The notes beneath the pieces are model-generated. The model saw nothing but the letters and a program-made list of their open reading frames with translations, was not told the DNA's origin and searched no databases. A DNA stretch of 63,579 nt, filler included, from Thraustochytrium aureum (taxonomy: Eukaryota): assembly GCA_012862495.1 (NCBI GenBank). It is 6 parts of 5 records of this genome, joined end to end, with 100 filler letters (N's around TTAATTAATTAA, not from the genome) between each part and the next. Parts side by side here need not be neighbours in the genome. Positions count along the whole stretch, not along the records: positions 28,355 to 45,386 come from BLSG01000164.1; positions 45,487 to 55,366 come from BLSG01000164.1; 4 more parts are not named here. One strand, given 5' to 3'. Of the stretch, positions 36,630 to 48,100 are shown in pieces. Within the stretch, counting starts at the first letter, position 1, and each line of letters starts with the position of its first letter. The translations under genes and the position numbers were made by a program.

Positions 36630-37182
36630 TGCTCAAGTAGCGCGGTTCTCCAAAAAGCGGCTCGGCAGAGCGTTCAGGTGGGTTGTGTAGTTATGGTGCA
36701 AGTACTCTACTAGCGAGCTATAGAGTAGAGTACTTGCGTATGTATTACAATGGACNNNNNNNNNNNNNNNNNNNNNNNNNNNNNNNNNNNNNNNNNNNNN
36801 NNNNNNNNNNNNNNNNNNNNNNNNNNNNNNNNNNNNNNNNNNNNNNNNNNNNNNNNNNNNNNNNNNNNNNNNNNNNNNNNNNNNNNNNNNNNNNNNNNNN
36901 NNNNNNNNNNNNNNNNNNNNNNNNNNNAGAGTACTTGCGTATGTATTACAATGGACAAAAAATCAAATCGCTTCCGCCCGGGCCGCCGCCGAGTCCCTTC
37001 ACAGGTGCAGGGCGGCGCTCGCGGGAAGCACGCATAACAAATCAGGAGCATGTGGTGCCGAGGCCGTCGCCGCCATGGGCAAGGCAGCCAAAGCCTGTGA
37101 TTCATGGAGAAACAAAAATGTGCCTCGCCGAGCTTGGAGCTCGCCTCGATAGGTTTCGATGGCCTTGCCTGAAATCAAGGCC

Positions 37183-37410
37183 TCAAGCACCCATTCTACC
37201 AGGCGCGCCCTTTCGTGTTGCGTCCGTGGTGATCTTGCCGAGCCACCCGAGCGTAGCCAACGAGAGGGTCCCAGCTGTTCCTGCGATATCTAGGTCGCTC
37301 CAAAAGGGGTTTTGCAGCACCAGGTACAGGCAGACCCCGTACACTGCCACGGTGCCTACAAACTGGAACAAGAACCAGTCATCGAGCGACATCGGCCCAG
37401 CCCCGCCCAA
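37183..37410 (-). CDS. Small hypothetical membrane protein (two TMs); 5' end uncertain
   Basis: WFLFQFVGTVAVYGVCLYLVL and IAGTAGTLSLATLGWL hydrophobic segments. Confidence 0.3.
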   Translation of the reverse strand: MGGAGPMSLDDWFLFQFVGTVAVYGVCLYLVLQNPFWSDLDIAGTAGTLSLATLGWLGKITTDATRKGAPGRMGA

Positions 37411-38990
37411 GCGCGTCTACCCGCGTCCCGAAACGCGCAAACCCGACTCGCGTCGAGAGCTGACAGCTCCCGGTCACAGTTCCACGAGCGCCGCGATCCT
37501 CGCGCACCTTCGCTCGCCAAAATCCTCTGCTCCTGCGGCTGCTGCTCTCGCGCGCTGGTCTGCGCAGCTCGCGGCGGTCGTCGTGCCGAGGCCGAATTCG
37601 GTGTTTGGCGGCCGCATTGGCCGCAGCTTGGCTTCATGCGCATTGCGACAAGCACCGCGACGGGCTCTTGAAAGTAAAGTGCACCGTGTCTTCTGAGTGA
37701 GTACCTCGACTCGAGGAATTCCCTCCCTCCAACCCAGTGCACGCCAACGAAAGGGCCGCGGCCGCGGGGGAGAATAAAACCGCAAAAACTGCGCGAGACG
37801 CCTCCGTAAAAGAGTTGACGTAAGCCTGAGGAGACACGGCGTGTTAGCGGCTCTTGCGTAGCTCTTGACCGTGCGGTTGTGTGTCTGACTCTGGACTCTG
37901 TTCTGATGCCCAGTCTGGAACGGTGTAGAGCAGGGTCCTCACGGGAACGGCAAGTCCAGGGGCCGGCCGCGTGGACGACCTCGCGCTTGCCGAGGGGCCT
38001 GTCCCGCGCAGGCACGTCGCTCGGCATCGCGGCGTGAATGCGTTGCCGAGCGAGGGGAGGCTCTGCAGGTGCGGTGCGCCGCTGCTTGCGTGTGGACCGG
38101 CGCGGCTTCAGGACCGCCGGGTGGAGCAGACATGGAAATGAGCCAAATCATGTCGAGAGGGTGGCGTGCGCCCTGGCACTGCCATGCAAAACGGTGACGT
38201 CAAGTGGTATGGAAAGTAGGGTGGTAGGAGCAAGCAAGCCGGATTGCTCATCCGACCTGAACTGATTGATGAGAAGCAACTCGAAGGCCAAGGTTGCCAC
38301 CGCGCTCGGCCAGTGGCCTTCACTTCACTGCCACCGCGCGTCCGGCCGGTGGCCTGCCTCGCCCGCCCACTTGGCACTTGCCACGTGCACCAACACAGCG
38401 CGCACGAGCGAGCGCGGCAGCATTGAGGATCTTGAAATCCAACAGGATCAGCTCGTTTATTCTGCCTCCATAATAATCTCTTGAATCTTCGCTACCGACC
38501 ACACGTTCTCCCTCTATCCATCTCTTGACCTTTGAACCACATCTTTTGAATTGGCCCGCGCGCATTCGCCTAATAGCCTTCGCCCTGTATCTCACTGTAG
38601 TGTGGTTTTCTTCTGATGTGCATGTGATACAAGAACACAGGTGGAGCGGCGCCTGTGGCAGCAAGCAGCGGAAGAGCAGCGAGCAGCGAGCAGCAGCAGC
38701 AGCAGCAGCAGCAGCGGCAGCAGACACCGAACGCGGCGCAGAGGGCGTCAGGAGGGGCAGAGGCAGCAGCGGGCCGGCCACGGCACTCGCGCAGGCAGGC
38801 AGGCATTCAGGCAGACGTTCGGCGCGCGGGTGCTGCTGGGCGCACGCGGGTGCTCGCTCGGTTCGCCAGGCCTCGACGCGGGTGCTCGCTCGGTTCGCCA
38901 GTCGGTCGCTCGGTCGGGTGCTCGGTCGGTTGAGCCTGGCCCTCGGCGAGGCGCGCGTGGCCGGGAAGGGCTGGACGCGGGGCCGGCAAG

Positions 38991-40985
38991 ATGGTGGAGC
39001 ATACGTGGCAGAATGTGGTGAACTCGACGCAGGGCAGGGCGCAAGGCGCGTTCGTGATGAGTGATGCCGGGATACGGTGGAAGCCCACGCCNNNNNNNNN
39101 NNNNNNNNNNNNNNNNNNNNNNNNNNNNNNNNNNNNNNNNNNNNNNNNNNNNNNNNNNNNNNNNNNNNNNNNNNNNNNNNNNNNNNNNNNNNNNNNNNNN
39201 NNNNNNNNNNNNNNNNNNNNNNNNNNNNNNNNNNNNNNNNNNNNNNNNNNNNNNNNNNNNNNNNNNNNNNNNNNNNNNNNNNNNNNNNNNNNNNNNNNNN
39301 NNNNNNNNNNNNNNNNNNNNNNNNNNNNNNNNNNNNNNNNNNNNNNNNNNNNNNNNNNNNNNNNNCATGCTGCACGTTTTTGTTACGCCCAAGGAGGGCG
39401 GCGAAAAGTCAAGGTACGAGCGGTTCGACGGATTCGCGCGAGACGACCAAGAAAAGTTCCAAGCCATGGTCGACGAGTTCTACAAAGACTGCCCCTTTGA
39501 GGAGGAAAAGCTCGCCTCCTCGGGAACAAACGCGGGCACGCTGAGCATTGACAAGGACCGCGGCGCGCTCGTCCTGAGCAGCGCAGGCCGGCGCGCAATC
39601 GAGCTCCAGCTCAAGACCATCAAGCTTTGCGTCGCCACCGGCAAGAGCGACGTGGAGGTCCAGTTTGCCGACGACGATGCAGGGCTCCGCTCGGACGAAT
39701 CCCTAGTGGAGATCAAATTCCACATCCCGTCGGACGCGGACGGCACGGACTTGAGCGAGGTGTGGGCGAAGCGGCTCGTGGCCGCCGCAGAAATCAAGCG
39801 CAACACGGGCGACATGATCGTCGAGCTGCCCGAGGAGGTGGTCTTCCAAGCCCCGCGAGGCCGCTTCGTGATTCAAATGTTTGACAAGTCGTTCATGATG
39901 GTGGGCAAGACCTACACGTTCCGCATCGCCTACAAGAGCGTGTCGCGCATGTTCCTCCTGAGCCGGCCGGACCAGACTGCGAGCACGTTGGTAATCTCCT
40001 TGGACGACCCGATCCAGCAGGGCCAACAGCGCCACAAGCATCTCGTGCTGCTTCTCGACCAAAAGGACACGGAGATCGAGATCAACCTCTCGCGCGAGGA
40101 CTTGCGGGCAAAGTTCCAGGACGCGTTTGAAAACCCCATCATCGGTGCGCTCCCCGAGACGGTGGCCAGGCTGTTCAAGATTCTCAGTAACAAGAAGGTG
40201 TACGTGCCGGGCAGTTTCTCGAGCTACGACGACGCCAAGGCGATCAAGTGCTCGCTCAAGTCCACCAACGCGGGCCTGCTCTACCCGCTGACAAAGTCGT
40301 TCCTCTTCATCCACAAGCCGGCCACCTTTATCCGCTACGAGGACGTCGAGTACGTCGAGTTTGCGCGGCAGGGCGGGTCGATGTCGTCGCGCTTCGATCT
40401 CGTCGTCAAGGTGCGCCCCGTGGCCGGCGACGTGGAGCACACTTACACGTTCTCGCTCATCGACAACGAGGAGTACAAGCCGCTGTTCAACTTTCTCAAA
40501 GGGCGCAAGCTCAGGATCAAGGACGAGCGTGCTGCGGAAGCCGAGATCGACGCCGCGCTCGACATCCAGGAAGACCCGCGCGGCGCCGTTGCGCAGACCA
40601 TGGAGGAGGAGTCTGACGACGAGGACTTTGAAAGCGGCGACGAAAAGCACTCAAGTGACTCGGACGATAGCGACGTCTCGCTCGCTTCAGACGACTTTGC
40701 CGCCGACGCCGTCCGCACGGCGCATCGTAAAGCTGCCAAGAGCGGTGACAAGCCCAAGAAGGAGAGAGGAGCGGAGGGCGGCGGCGACGACAACAGCGAA
40801 GACGACGACGACGACGACGACGATGATGACGACGACGAGGAGGAGGATGGCTCCAAGCCCGCAAAAGAGAAGAAGCGCAAGGGCCCGCCAAAGCGGGACC
40901 CAAGCGCGCCAAAACCGGCCAAGTCGGCCAACCAGTTCTTCAAGCCGAGCGCCGCGAGGCGCTCAAGGACGAGAACATCGAGTTT
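38991..40985 (+). CDS. SSRP1: FACT complex subunit SSRP1/POB3 (3' end in gap)
   Basis: N-terminal PH-like start (GIRWK), LVEIKFHIP, APRGRFVIQMF, GKTYTFRIAYKSVSRMFLL, VISLDDPIQQGQ, GLLYPLTKSFLFIHKP, acidic tract, HMG-box start KRDPSAPKPAKSA. Confidence 0.95.
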
Positions 40986-42219
40986 NNNNNNNNNNNNNNN
41001 NNNNNNNNNNNNNNNNNNNNNNNNNNNNNNNNNNNNNNNNNNNNNNNNNNNNNNNNNNNNNNNNNNNNNNNNNNNNNNNNNNNNNNNNNNNNNNNNNNNN
41101 NNNNNNNNNNNNNNNNNNNNNNNNNNNNNNNNNNNNNNNNNNNNNNNNNNNNNNNNNNNNNNNNNNNNNNNNNNNNNNNNNNNNNNNNNNNNNNNNNNNN
41201 NNNNNNNNNNNNNNNNNNNNNNNNNNNNNNNNNNNNNNNNNNNNNNNNNNNNNNNNNNNNNNNNNNNNNNNNNNNNNNNNNNNNNNNNNNNNNNNNNNNN
41301 NNNNNNNNNNNNNNNNNNNNNNNNNNNNNNNNNNNNNNNNNNNNNNNNNNNNNNNNNNNNNNNNNNNNNNNNNNNNNNNNNNNNNNNNNNNNNNNNNNNN
41401 NNNNNNNNNNNNNNNNNNNNNNNNNNNNNNNNNNNNNNNNNNNNNNNNNNNNNNNNNNNNNNNNNNNNNNNNNNNNNNNNNNNNNNNNNNNNNNNNNNNN
41501 NNNNNNNNNNNNNNNNNNNNNNNNNNNNNNNNNNNNNNNNNNNNNNNNNNNNNNNNNNNNNNNNNNNNNNNNNNNNNNNNNNNNNNNNNNNNNNNNNNNN
41601 NNNNNNNNNNNNNNNNNNNNNNNNNNNNNNNNNNNNNNNNNNNNNNNNNNNNNNNNNNNNNNNNNNNNNNNNNNNNNNNNNNNNNNNNNNNNNNNNNNNN
41701 NNNNNNNNNNNNNNNNNNNNNNNNNNNNNNNNNNNNNNNNNNNNNNNNNNNNNNNNNNNNNNNNNNNNNNNNNNNNNNNNNNNNNNNNNNNNNNNNNNNN
41801 NNNNNNNNNNNNNNNNNNNNNNNNNNNNNNNNNNNNNNNNNNNNNNNNNNNNNNNNNNNNNNNNNNNNNNNNNNNNNNNNNNNNNNNNNNNNNNNNNNNN
41901 NNNNNNNNCCAATCATCTTGTGCCTGCGCTATTTCCGCCATTCCATCGCATTCGAAAAGCAAGAGCTCAAGGTTGCGGTGGACCCGACCCTTCGTGATCA
42001 CATCACCCCATGGTGTTGTGCAGACCAGGTTCAAGGGCTTCGACAGCCTGGGACTGGACACCTCTGCGCGCGACAGGCGCCGTATGCTGAAGAGCCCAGC
42101 CCTCAAACCATTTCGGCGAGAACCGGACTGACATCCAAAAGTCTGAAGCGCCGAAGACCCTGACGAATGATGGACTTCCGATGCTGGCCGTTCTGGATCA
42201 CGATCCAAGTAAAAAGTCA

Positions 42220-42301
42220 GGAAAGAAAAAAAGGAGCTTGTCTTTTTCTCGGGTTGGTATGGAAAGAAAAAAAGGAGCTTGTCTTTTTCTCGGGTTGGTA
42301 T
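42220..42301. repeat. 41-bp perfect tandem duplication, AT-rich
   Basis: ggaaagaaaaaaaggagcttgtctttttctcgggttggtat at 42220-42260 and 42261-42301. Confidence 0.9.
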
Positions 42302-42425
42302 GGTACTTGGTCTCTCCTCACCATGTCGATCCGCGCAAGGCCGGGTCGGTCGCCAAGCGCGAGCACCCGCAGCGAAATTCTCCCACAACTGCGCGCGACA
42401 CGGCGTTCGACTTGTATCTCGCGTG

Positions 42426-45386
42426 TTATGATTGAGCAGGCATCTCGGGCGACGCCGCCGTCGACAAGGCAGAAGCTCCCGCGAGCATGCGGCGCTTCCA
42501 CTCTGCGTGGTTGCGACGCGCTTGGCGGTGGACATCGGAAAACGGAGGAAACACATCCCGCACACACTGGAAGAGCGGGAGCGCGATGTACTCGAAAAAC
42601 GTCTGCTGGTTGCGGTCGTTCTCGAGCTTGGAGCGGTCCATAAACTCGCTGACAGGGAGTCCAATGCGGCGCTCGTGGTCACCTTGCTGCAAAAACTCCT
42701 CTTGGATCCGGAGCGCCCACTTTGAGTGCACGTTGAAGGCTTTGCCGGCATGGCCGATGTCGGCCACCTTGATGGCGACCTCGAGAATGAGCTCGCGGTT
42801 ATTTGGGGAGGCGAACGTGCTGCCGCTGTTGGCCAAGTTGCGCAGCTTGGTTACCGTTTCAAAGTGGTCTTTCAGGTCGGTGGCGAGCACCATGCGAATC
42901 GTGAGCCGGCGAAACCGGTCCCACTCGTCGCTGGAAAGGTTCTCAAAGACGTTTGACTCTGGCTCGGCGAGGACCCGGAAGGCCTCGGCGAGGTGCATTT
43001 GCTCCAGGACTGACTGATCGTTGTAGACGATGCTGAGTCTGTTCCTGCTCTTGATGAGAAAAGCGTTGTTGCGCCCGGGGTGCATAAAGTCGTGGATTGC
43101 GGCCGCCACGAGGGAAGCCAGCTTCTCCAAGCTCGACAGCATACTCCCCATCTCGAGAGAGAAGAGAAGGTAGTGCAGAGACATCAGCACGTCGGCGGCG
43201 TGCATGCTGTTGTGGTACGGCAGAGTCTTGTTGTACCCGGACTCTATCTCCTTGCTGAACTGCTTGAACTTTGCGCGGTCGATGTTGAACTTGCCCAGAA
43301 AGCCGTGCTTGGTGAACAGGGCCCACAGGAGGGTGTAGAGGGGTCGCTCGTCGGTCTCCTTGGCGAATTCGATGCTGTCAAAGTTCCAGTCGCCGAGGTG
43401 GCCGAGCGTTATTTGCACGAGGGGCCCCTGCCCGCCCGCGCTGGACACGGAGATCTTTCGCGTCAGCTGGTGCCTCTTTGGGTTCACACCCACCCCGGCT
43501 TCGGCCGCTGCCGCCAGGTCGTAGGCGGCAACTTTGATCTCCATCTCGGTTCCGCCGGGGGCGCGAAATCGGCGCAGAGAGANNNNNNNNNNNNNNNNNN
43601 NNNNNNNNNNNNNNNNNNNNNNNNNNNNNNNNNNNNNNNNNNNNNNNNNNNNNNNNNNNNNNNNNNNNNNNNNNNNNNNNNNNNNNNNNNNNNNNNNNNN
43701 NNNNNNNNNNNNNNNNNNNNNNNNNNNNNNNNNNNNNNNNNNNNNNNNNNNNNNNNNNNNNNNNNNNNNNNNNNNNNNNNNNNNNNNNNNNNNNNNNNNN
43801 NNNNNNNNNNNNNNNNNNNNNNNNNNNNNNNNNNNNNNNNNNNNNNNNNNNNNNNNNNNNNNNNNNNNNNNNNNNNNNNNNNNNNNNNNNNNNNNNNNNN
43901 NNNNNNNNNNNNNNNNNNNNNNNNNNNNNNNNNNNNNNNNNNNNNNNNNNNNNNNNNNNNNNNNNNNNNNNNCCTCGCCACCTCGCCACTGCTCGATGGT
44001 GCGACTATACTCTTTGCGCGCGGCGACGATCAGGCTGGCCGTCTCCTCGCTAGACAGCGCGTCAGTGCTGTTATCGTGAATCATCTCGCTCAGCTGCAGT
44101 GAGGAGGCCGACTCGACAAGGAGCTGGCCGCTACTGGTTACCTTGATGGAAGAGAGCTCGTCGCTGCTGAGGCGGCTGCGCTGGCGTCGCAAGTGCCCGC
44201 GGGGAGTCGGAACAGGGCTCGGACGCTCGCCGGATCCCATCGGGCTCCCCAAATCCAAATGCGGGTCCACCATAGCGCCCACCATGCTGAGCCAGGCGTG
44301 ATTGTCCTGAAAGTTGGCTTTGCTGTGAATCACAGGTTTCATGAGGGACTCTGGCTCGAGGAGAATCTCAATGACGCGGTCAACAGCGAAAATGGGGTGG
44401 AATCCTCCGCTTGGAGAAGCAGGCAACAGCCGGTCGTGCTCGGCGTCTCGCCCAATGCCGGTATACTCGTCACTGTCTTCTTCATCGGGGTTGGTGTGCT
44501 GGCTTACACTCCGACCGCTCCGATCCAGTCGCCGCACAGCGGCGCGCGCGGGGGCGATCCCATCACCCTCTTCGGTTTCGTAATCCGTGTCGTCGCCGGC
44601 CCGCGGGCTAACACTTTCGTTTTCAGGAAACTCGTCGTCGTTGTCGTCGTCCTCCTCCTCGTCCTCGTCCTCGCGCGCAGCGCCGTCGGGTTGGCTTGCT
44701 CGGCTTCACCAGCGATCGCTGGCTCCCGGAGCTGCGGTGCGGAACGCGGGCGCCGCGCCTCAGGGGAGGGGCGCGACCCGCGCCAGTGCTGGTATTGCCC
44801 ACACCTGCAGCGCTGCCCGCCCCGTCAAAGTGGCCAAGCAGCGGGCTCACGTTGGAGCTTGGCGTGCCACTTGAGCTGCGCGTCAGCGAGTGAAGCGAGG
44901 CGACCGAGTCCACGCGGGTAACCGGCGGCGGCGGCAACGGGAGCGACAACGGCGAGTTGATTCGCTTGCGCGGGCGGAACGGCGACCCGGTGCCAGCGTG
45001 GTTTGGCGCGTGCAAACCGACCGCCGATTGCCCAAAGCCACTATTCCGCCGCGCGGTCGTGGACGAGTAAATGGACGAGGTCTCTGACCGGTGGTCCTTG
45101 AAGGTGTCGTCGCAATCCAGCTCGGCCAGTGCAGCGGCCATCGACTCTGGGTCCAAGTGGGCAAGAAACGCGCGCGTCTTGTTCAGCAGAGACAGGGCCT
45201 GCTGAAGTGGCGTGTCAATATCGGACGCAAATAGCTCGTACGACGACCCGCACGACAGGTGGCGAGTCAGAGGCTTGGGGCCCGCAGTTGGGGGCACCGC
45301 GCGCGACGATCCTCGAAGGCGGAGGTCGGAGCCTTGCCGCCTCAGAGCGCTCGAGGGGCGTGCTGCTGTGTTCGTGTTGATTGACC
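42426..45386 (-). CDS. Class I 3',5'-cyclic nucleotide phosphodiesterase (5' partial)
   Basis: PYHNSMHAADV, AAAIHDFMHPGRNNAFL, YNDQSVLEQMH, MVLATDL, IKVADIGH, EEFLQQGDHER, QQTFFEYIALPLF. Upstream ORF 44623-45297 joins by an indel near 44600. Confidence 0.93.
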
Positions 45387-45486
45387 NNNNNNNNNNNNNN
45401 NNNNNNNNNNNNNNNNNNNNNNNNNNNNNNTTAATTAATTAANNNNNNNNNNNNNNNNNNNNNNNNNNNNNNNNNNNNNNNNNNNN

Positions 45487-45982
45487 CTGGCTTGAAGGCC
45501 GGCCCGACGTTTTTGAGCTCGAGCGGCTCGCCGCAGGTGCCTGGAGCATATGGCAGGTTGCGAAACTCGCACGCGAACCGCTCCAACGTGCTCGGTGGGA
45601 GCTCCTTTTGCAAAAACCCCAGCGCGCAGCTCTGGTGTGGGAACTCCTCCGTGTCCATGTATATGGCGACATTAGTCATCATGAAGGCGTCCTCGGGCGT
45701 CTCGCCAGTGAGCTGAGCGCACAGGACGGGGAACATTTTGTTCACCGGCTCAGAGTGGCAATCGGCTTCCACGGGCGAGAGGGGTGCCGTGGACTCCCAG
45801 CGGACGCTGTCCCACTCGGCGACATTGATGATTTCGTCAGCGCGCGCGACGAGCGCGTCGTAAACGTCCGGTGGCAGCGTGATCTGAATCCTTGCTTTTT
45901 CCACGCATTGCGCGATGCTGGGCTGGAGGTGGACGGCCGCGGCAACGCTGGCAGCCGCCACGGCTTGGTGGATCGCGACCAT
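45487..45982 (-). CDS. Hypothetical protein (3' partial), possibly secreted
   Basis: ATG-initiated ORF with an Ala/Val-rich N-terminus and several Cys, truncated by a linker. Confidence 0.45.
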
Positions 45983-46951
45983 CTTGTGTTGGCTCTCGTG
46001 CCGATTGCACTATCAAGGCGTTGCTGGTCTACCGCGTAGGCTCTTGTTTCGGGTCTGCCTGCCAGAAGGCCGCTGCTTTGCTCTCAACGGTCTTCAGAGT
46101 GCTCGGAGCGTCGCTGCGAGCATACAACCTTTGCATTTTATGAACCGTAAAACATAAAGATTGCCGTCTGTGTCAACATGGTGGAAACAAGCGGAACGTC
46201 TCGACTTGGCCTTGCACTCGGCGCAGCTCGAATGCGCTCGAGTTGCGCACGAACCGACCCGGCGTCGAAAGCCAGCCAGCGCGAGGTTGCGCGAGCGAGC
46301 GAGCTGGGAATTCCAGCTCGCGCTTTCAAAGAAATCGATCCTAATACCGGGCGGGGCCAGTTCGATCGATTCGGGGAGGCAGTAGTAGAGTAGGCCTACT
46401 CAACGCAGCAAGCACTCTACTCGAACGTCGACGGGGCCGTGCATTCAACTCATTTTGTGCAGCCACCCGCGCGCGCGTTTTCGTCTCACCGTGGCTCTTC
46501 GGATGCGTCGAAGGAAACGGAAGGAAGAACGCACGCCTTCACAGCGATCCGCCGCTCCTCAATCTTGTCCTTGGCCGAGGCCAAAGGCACTCGGGGGGCC
46601 CGGCTCGTCGCAACAAAGGAAAGAAAGCACGGCGTCCACTCGGACCGTCTGTCCTTGACGGAAACGACTCTGGTGGGTGCATTGACGCCTGCGCAAACAC
46701 TTGCGCAACCACAGCAGTCACGCATGGTTTAAAGCACATCTCCGCACTAGAACGTGTTTCCCTTACTGTACCGACGGTGTGTATTACGATTGGGGGGTTG
46801 TTTGTTTGCCCTGGGTGATTCCCGGATCTCGCGTACGCACCCGCTCGTCCCAATTCCTTCCTTCCGGTTGTGGAGTACTTTCTTTCTTTCTTACTGGAAA
46901 CGAGGGTGTGTACTCTGCTCTGGAGAGTCTCTGAAGGGTCATTCTGCCTAC

Positions 46952-47047
46952 GGCATTGGTGGCCGACCTCCTCGTGGCATTGGTGGCCGACCTCCTCGTG
47001 GCATTGGTGGCCAACCTCCTCGTGGCTTTGGTGGCCGACCTCCTCGT
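46952..47047. repeat. 24-bp tandem repeat x4 (GGCATTGGTGGCCGACCTCCTCGT)
   Basis: Four units with two substitutions in total. Confidence 0.95.
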
Positions 47048-48100
47048 GCAATCAGAGTGGGTCAGAGTGGGCCGGGCGTCGATGAGCCTCAGGGGGCTTC
47101 TCGCCAGGGGGCGAGAACGAGACGGTTTTCGTTGCTGGCTTCTGGTTTTGTCCTGGAGGTCGCCCAGCCTTTGGAGCTCGGGAATCTGTTCTATCTCAGG
47201 GGAAAGGACACGGCTTGACTTGACTTGGCTGAGCACCTCATCTTGCGGCGTTGCAAGCGGCCGAAAGTGGTCGCGTGGCCGGTTTCCGGACGCTGGCGCG
47301 AACTGCGCAGAGAACGCGGGAGGAAGGATGGAGAAAAGAGCACCCAGCCGCTCGCCCGCGCGCTTGCGGTGCCGTCCCCCCTCCCTCGGATGTTGATAGC
47401 GCCAACGCCTCACTGGCGAGGAAGCGGCGTGCGAGATNNNNNNNNNNNNNNNNNNNNNNNNNNNNNNNNNNNNNNNNNNNNNNNNNNNNNNNNNNNNNNN
47501 NNNNNNNNNNNNNNNNNNNNNNNNNNNNNNNNNNNNNNNNNNNNNNNNNNNNNNNNNNNNNNNNNNNNNNNNNNNNNNNNNNNNNNNNNNNNNNNNNNNN
47601 NNNNNNNNNNNNNNNNNNNNNNNATTCATGCGAGGGAAGATCCGCCCCGGCTTTCGCCACGTGCAGCGAAGGTACTCCTCTGCCCCGACATACGCGCACT
47701 CCTCTGTGCACCACCGGTACTTCCTTCCGAACGCCCCTCGCCACGTGTCGCCATCTGGCGAAGGCAAGAGCCTTGACCGCGTTTAGGAATCGCTCCCGAA
47801 TGCGCAGCTCGCTCCCTTCCTCGCACCTTGCGAAGGCAGGGGGCCGCAACTGAAATGGATGAGAAGGGACTCGGAGCGGAGACCTGGGGCCGACGGAACT
47901 GCAGCTGGCAGCGTTGGCTCATGCGCTCAAGTACGCGAAAGGGGTTGCTCAATCAAACGCGCGCCAAGCGCCTCAACCTCGTGGGACGCTCGAATCGCTC
48001 TGGCACTGGCAAAAAAGCCAAGCCGCGGCAGGTTCCGAAACCAACCCACGCTCGAACACACAGAGTCCAAAGCACGGCACTTCGCCCAAAACCTACCAAA

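Noticed and set aside
36728..36956. 29-bp direct repeat flanking an N gap (agagtacttgcgtatgtattacaatggac) as a target-site duplication or LTR
   Set aside because: The copies abut the two gap edges, typical of overlapping contig ends left unmerged by the scaffolder.
38670..38725. CAG tract (also about 7880-7930) as polyQ or polyA coding sequence
   Set aside because: Both lie upstream of the likely start codons and look like UTR or promoter microsatellites.
40361..42751. Long ORFs running through N blocks
   Set aside because: Their length is an artefact of X translation across gaps.
45431..45442. TTAATTAATTAA as a biological motif (PacI site or piggyBac TTAA target)
   Set aside because: It is always embedded in a fixed N block, so it is an artificial six-frame stop linker.
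46384..46421. Palindrome GAGTAGGCCTACTC and nearby inverted AGTAGAGT/ACTCTACT as a transposon end or ncRNA
   Set aside because: Isolated and short, with no partner terminus, transposase or recognisable RNA family features.
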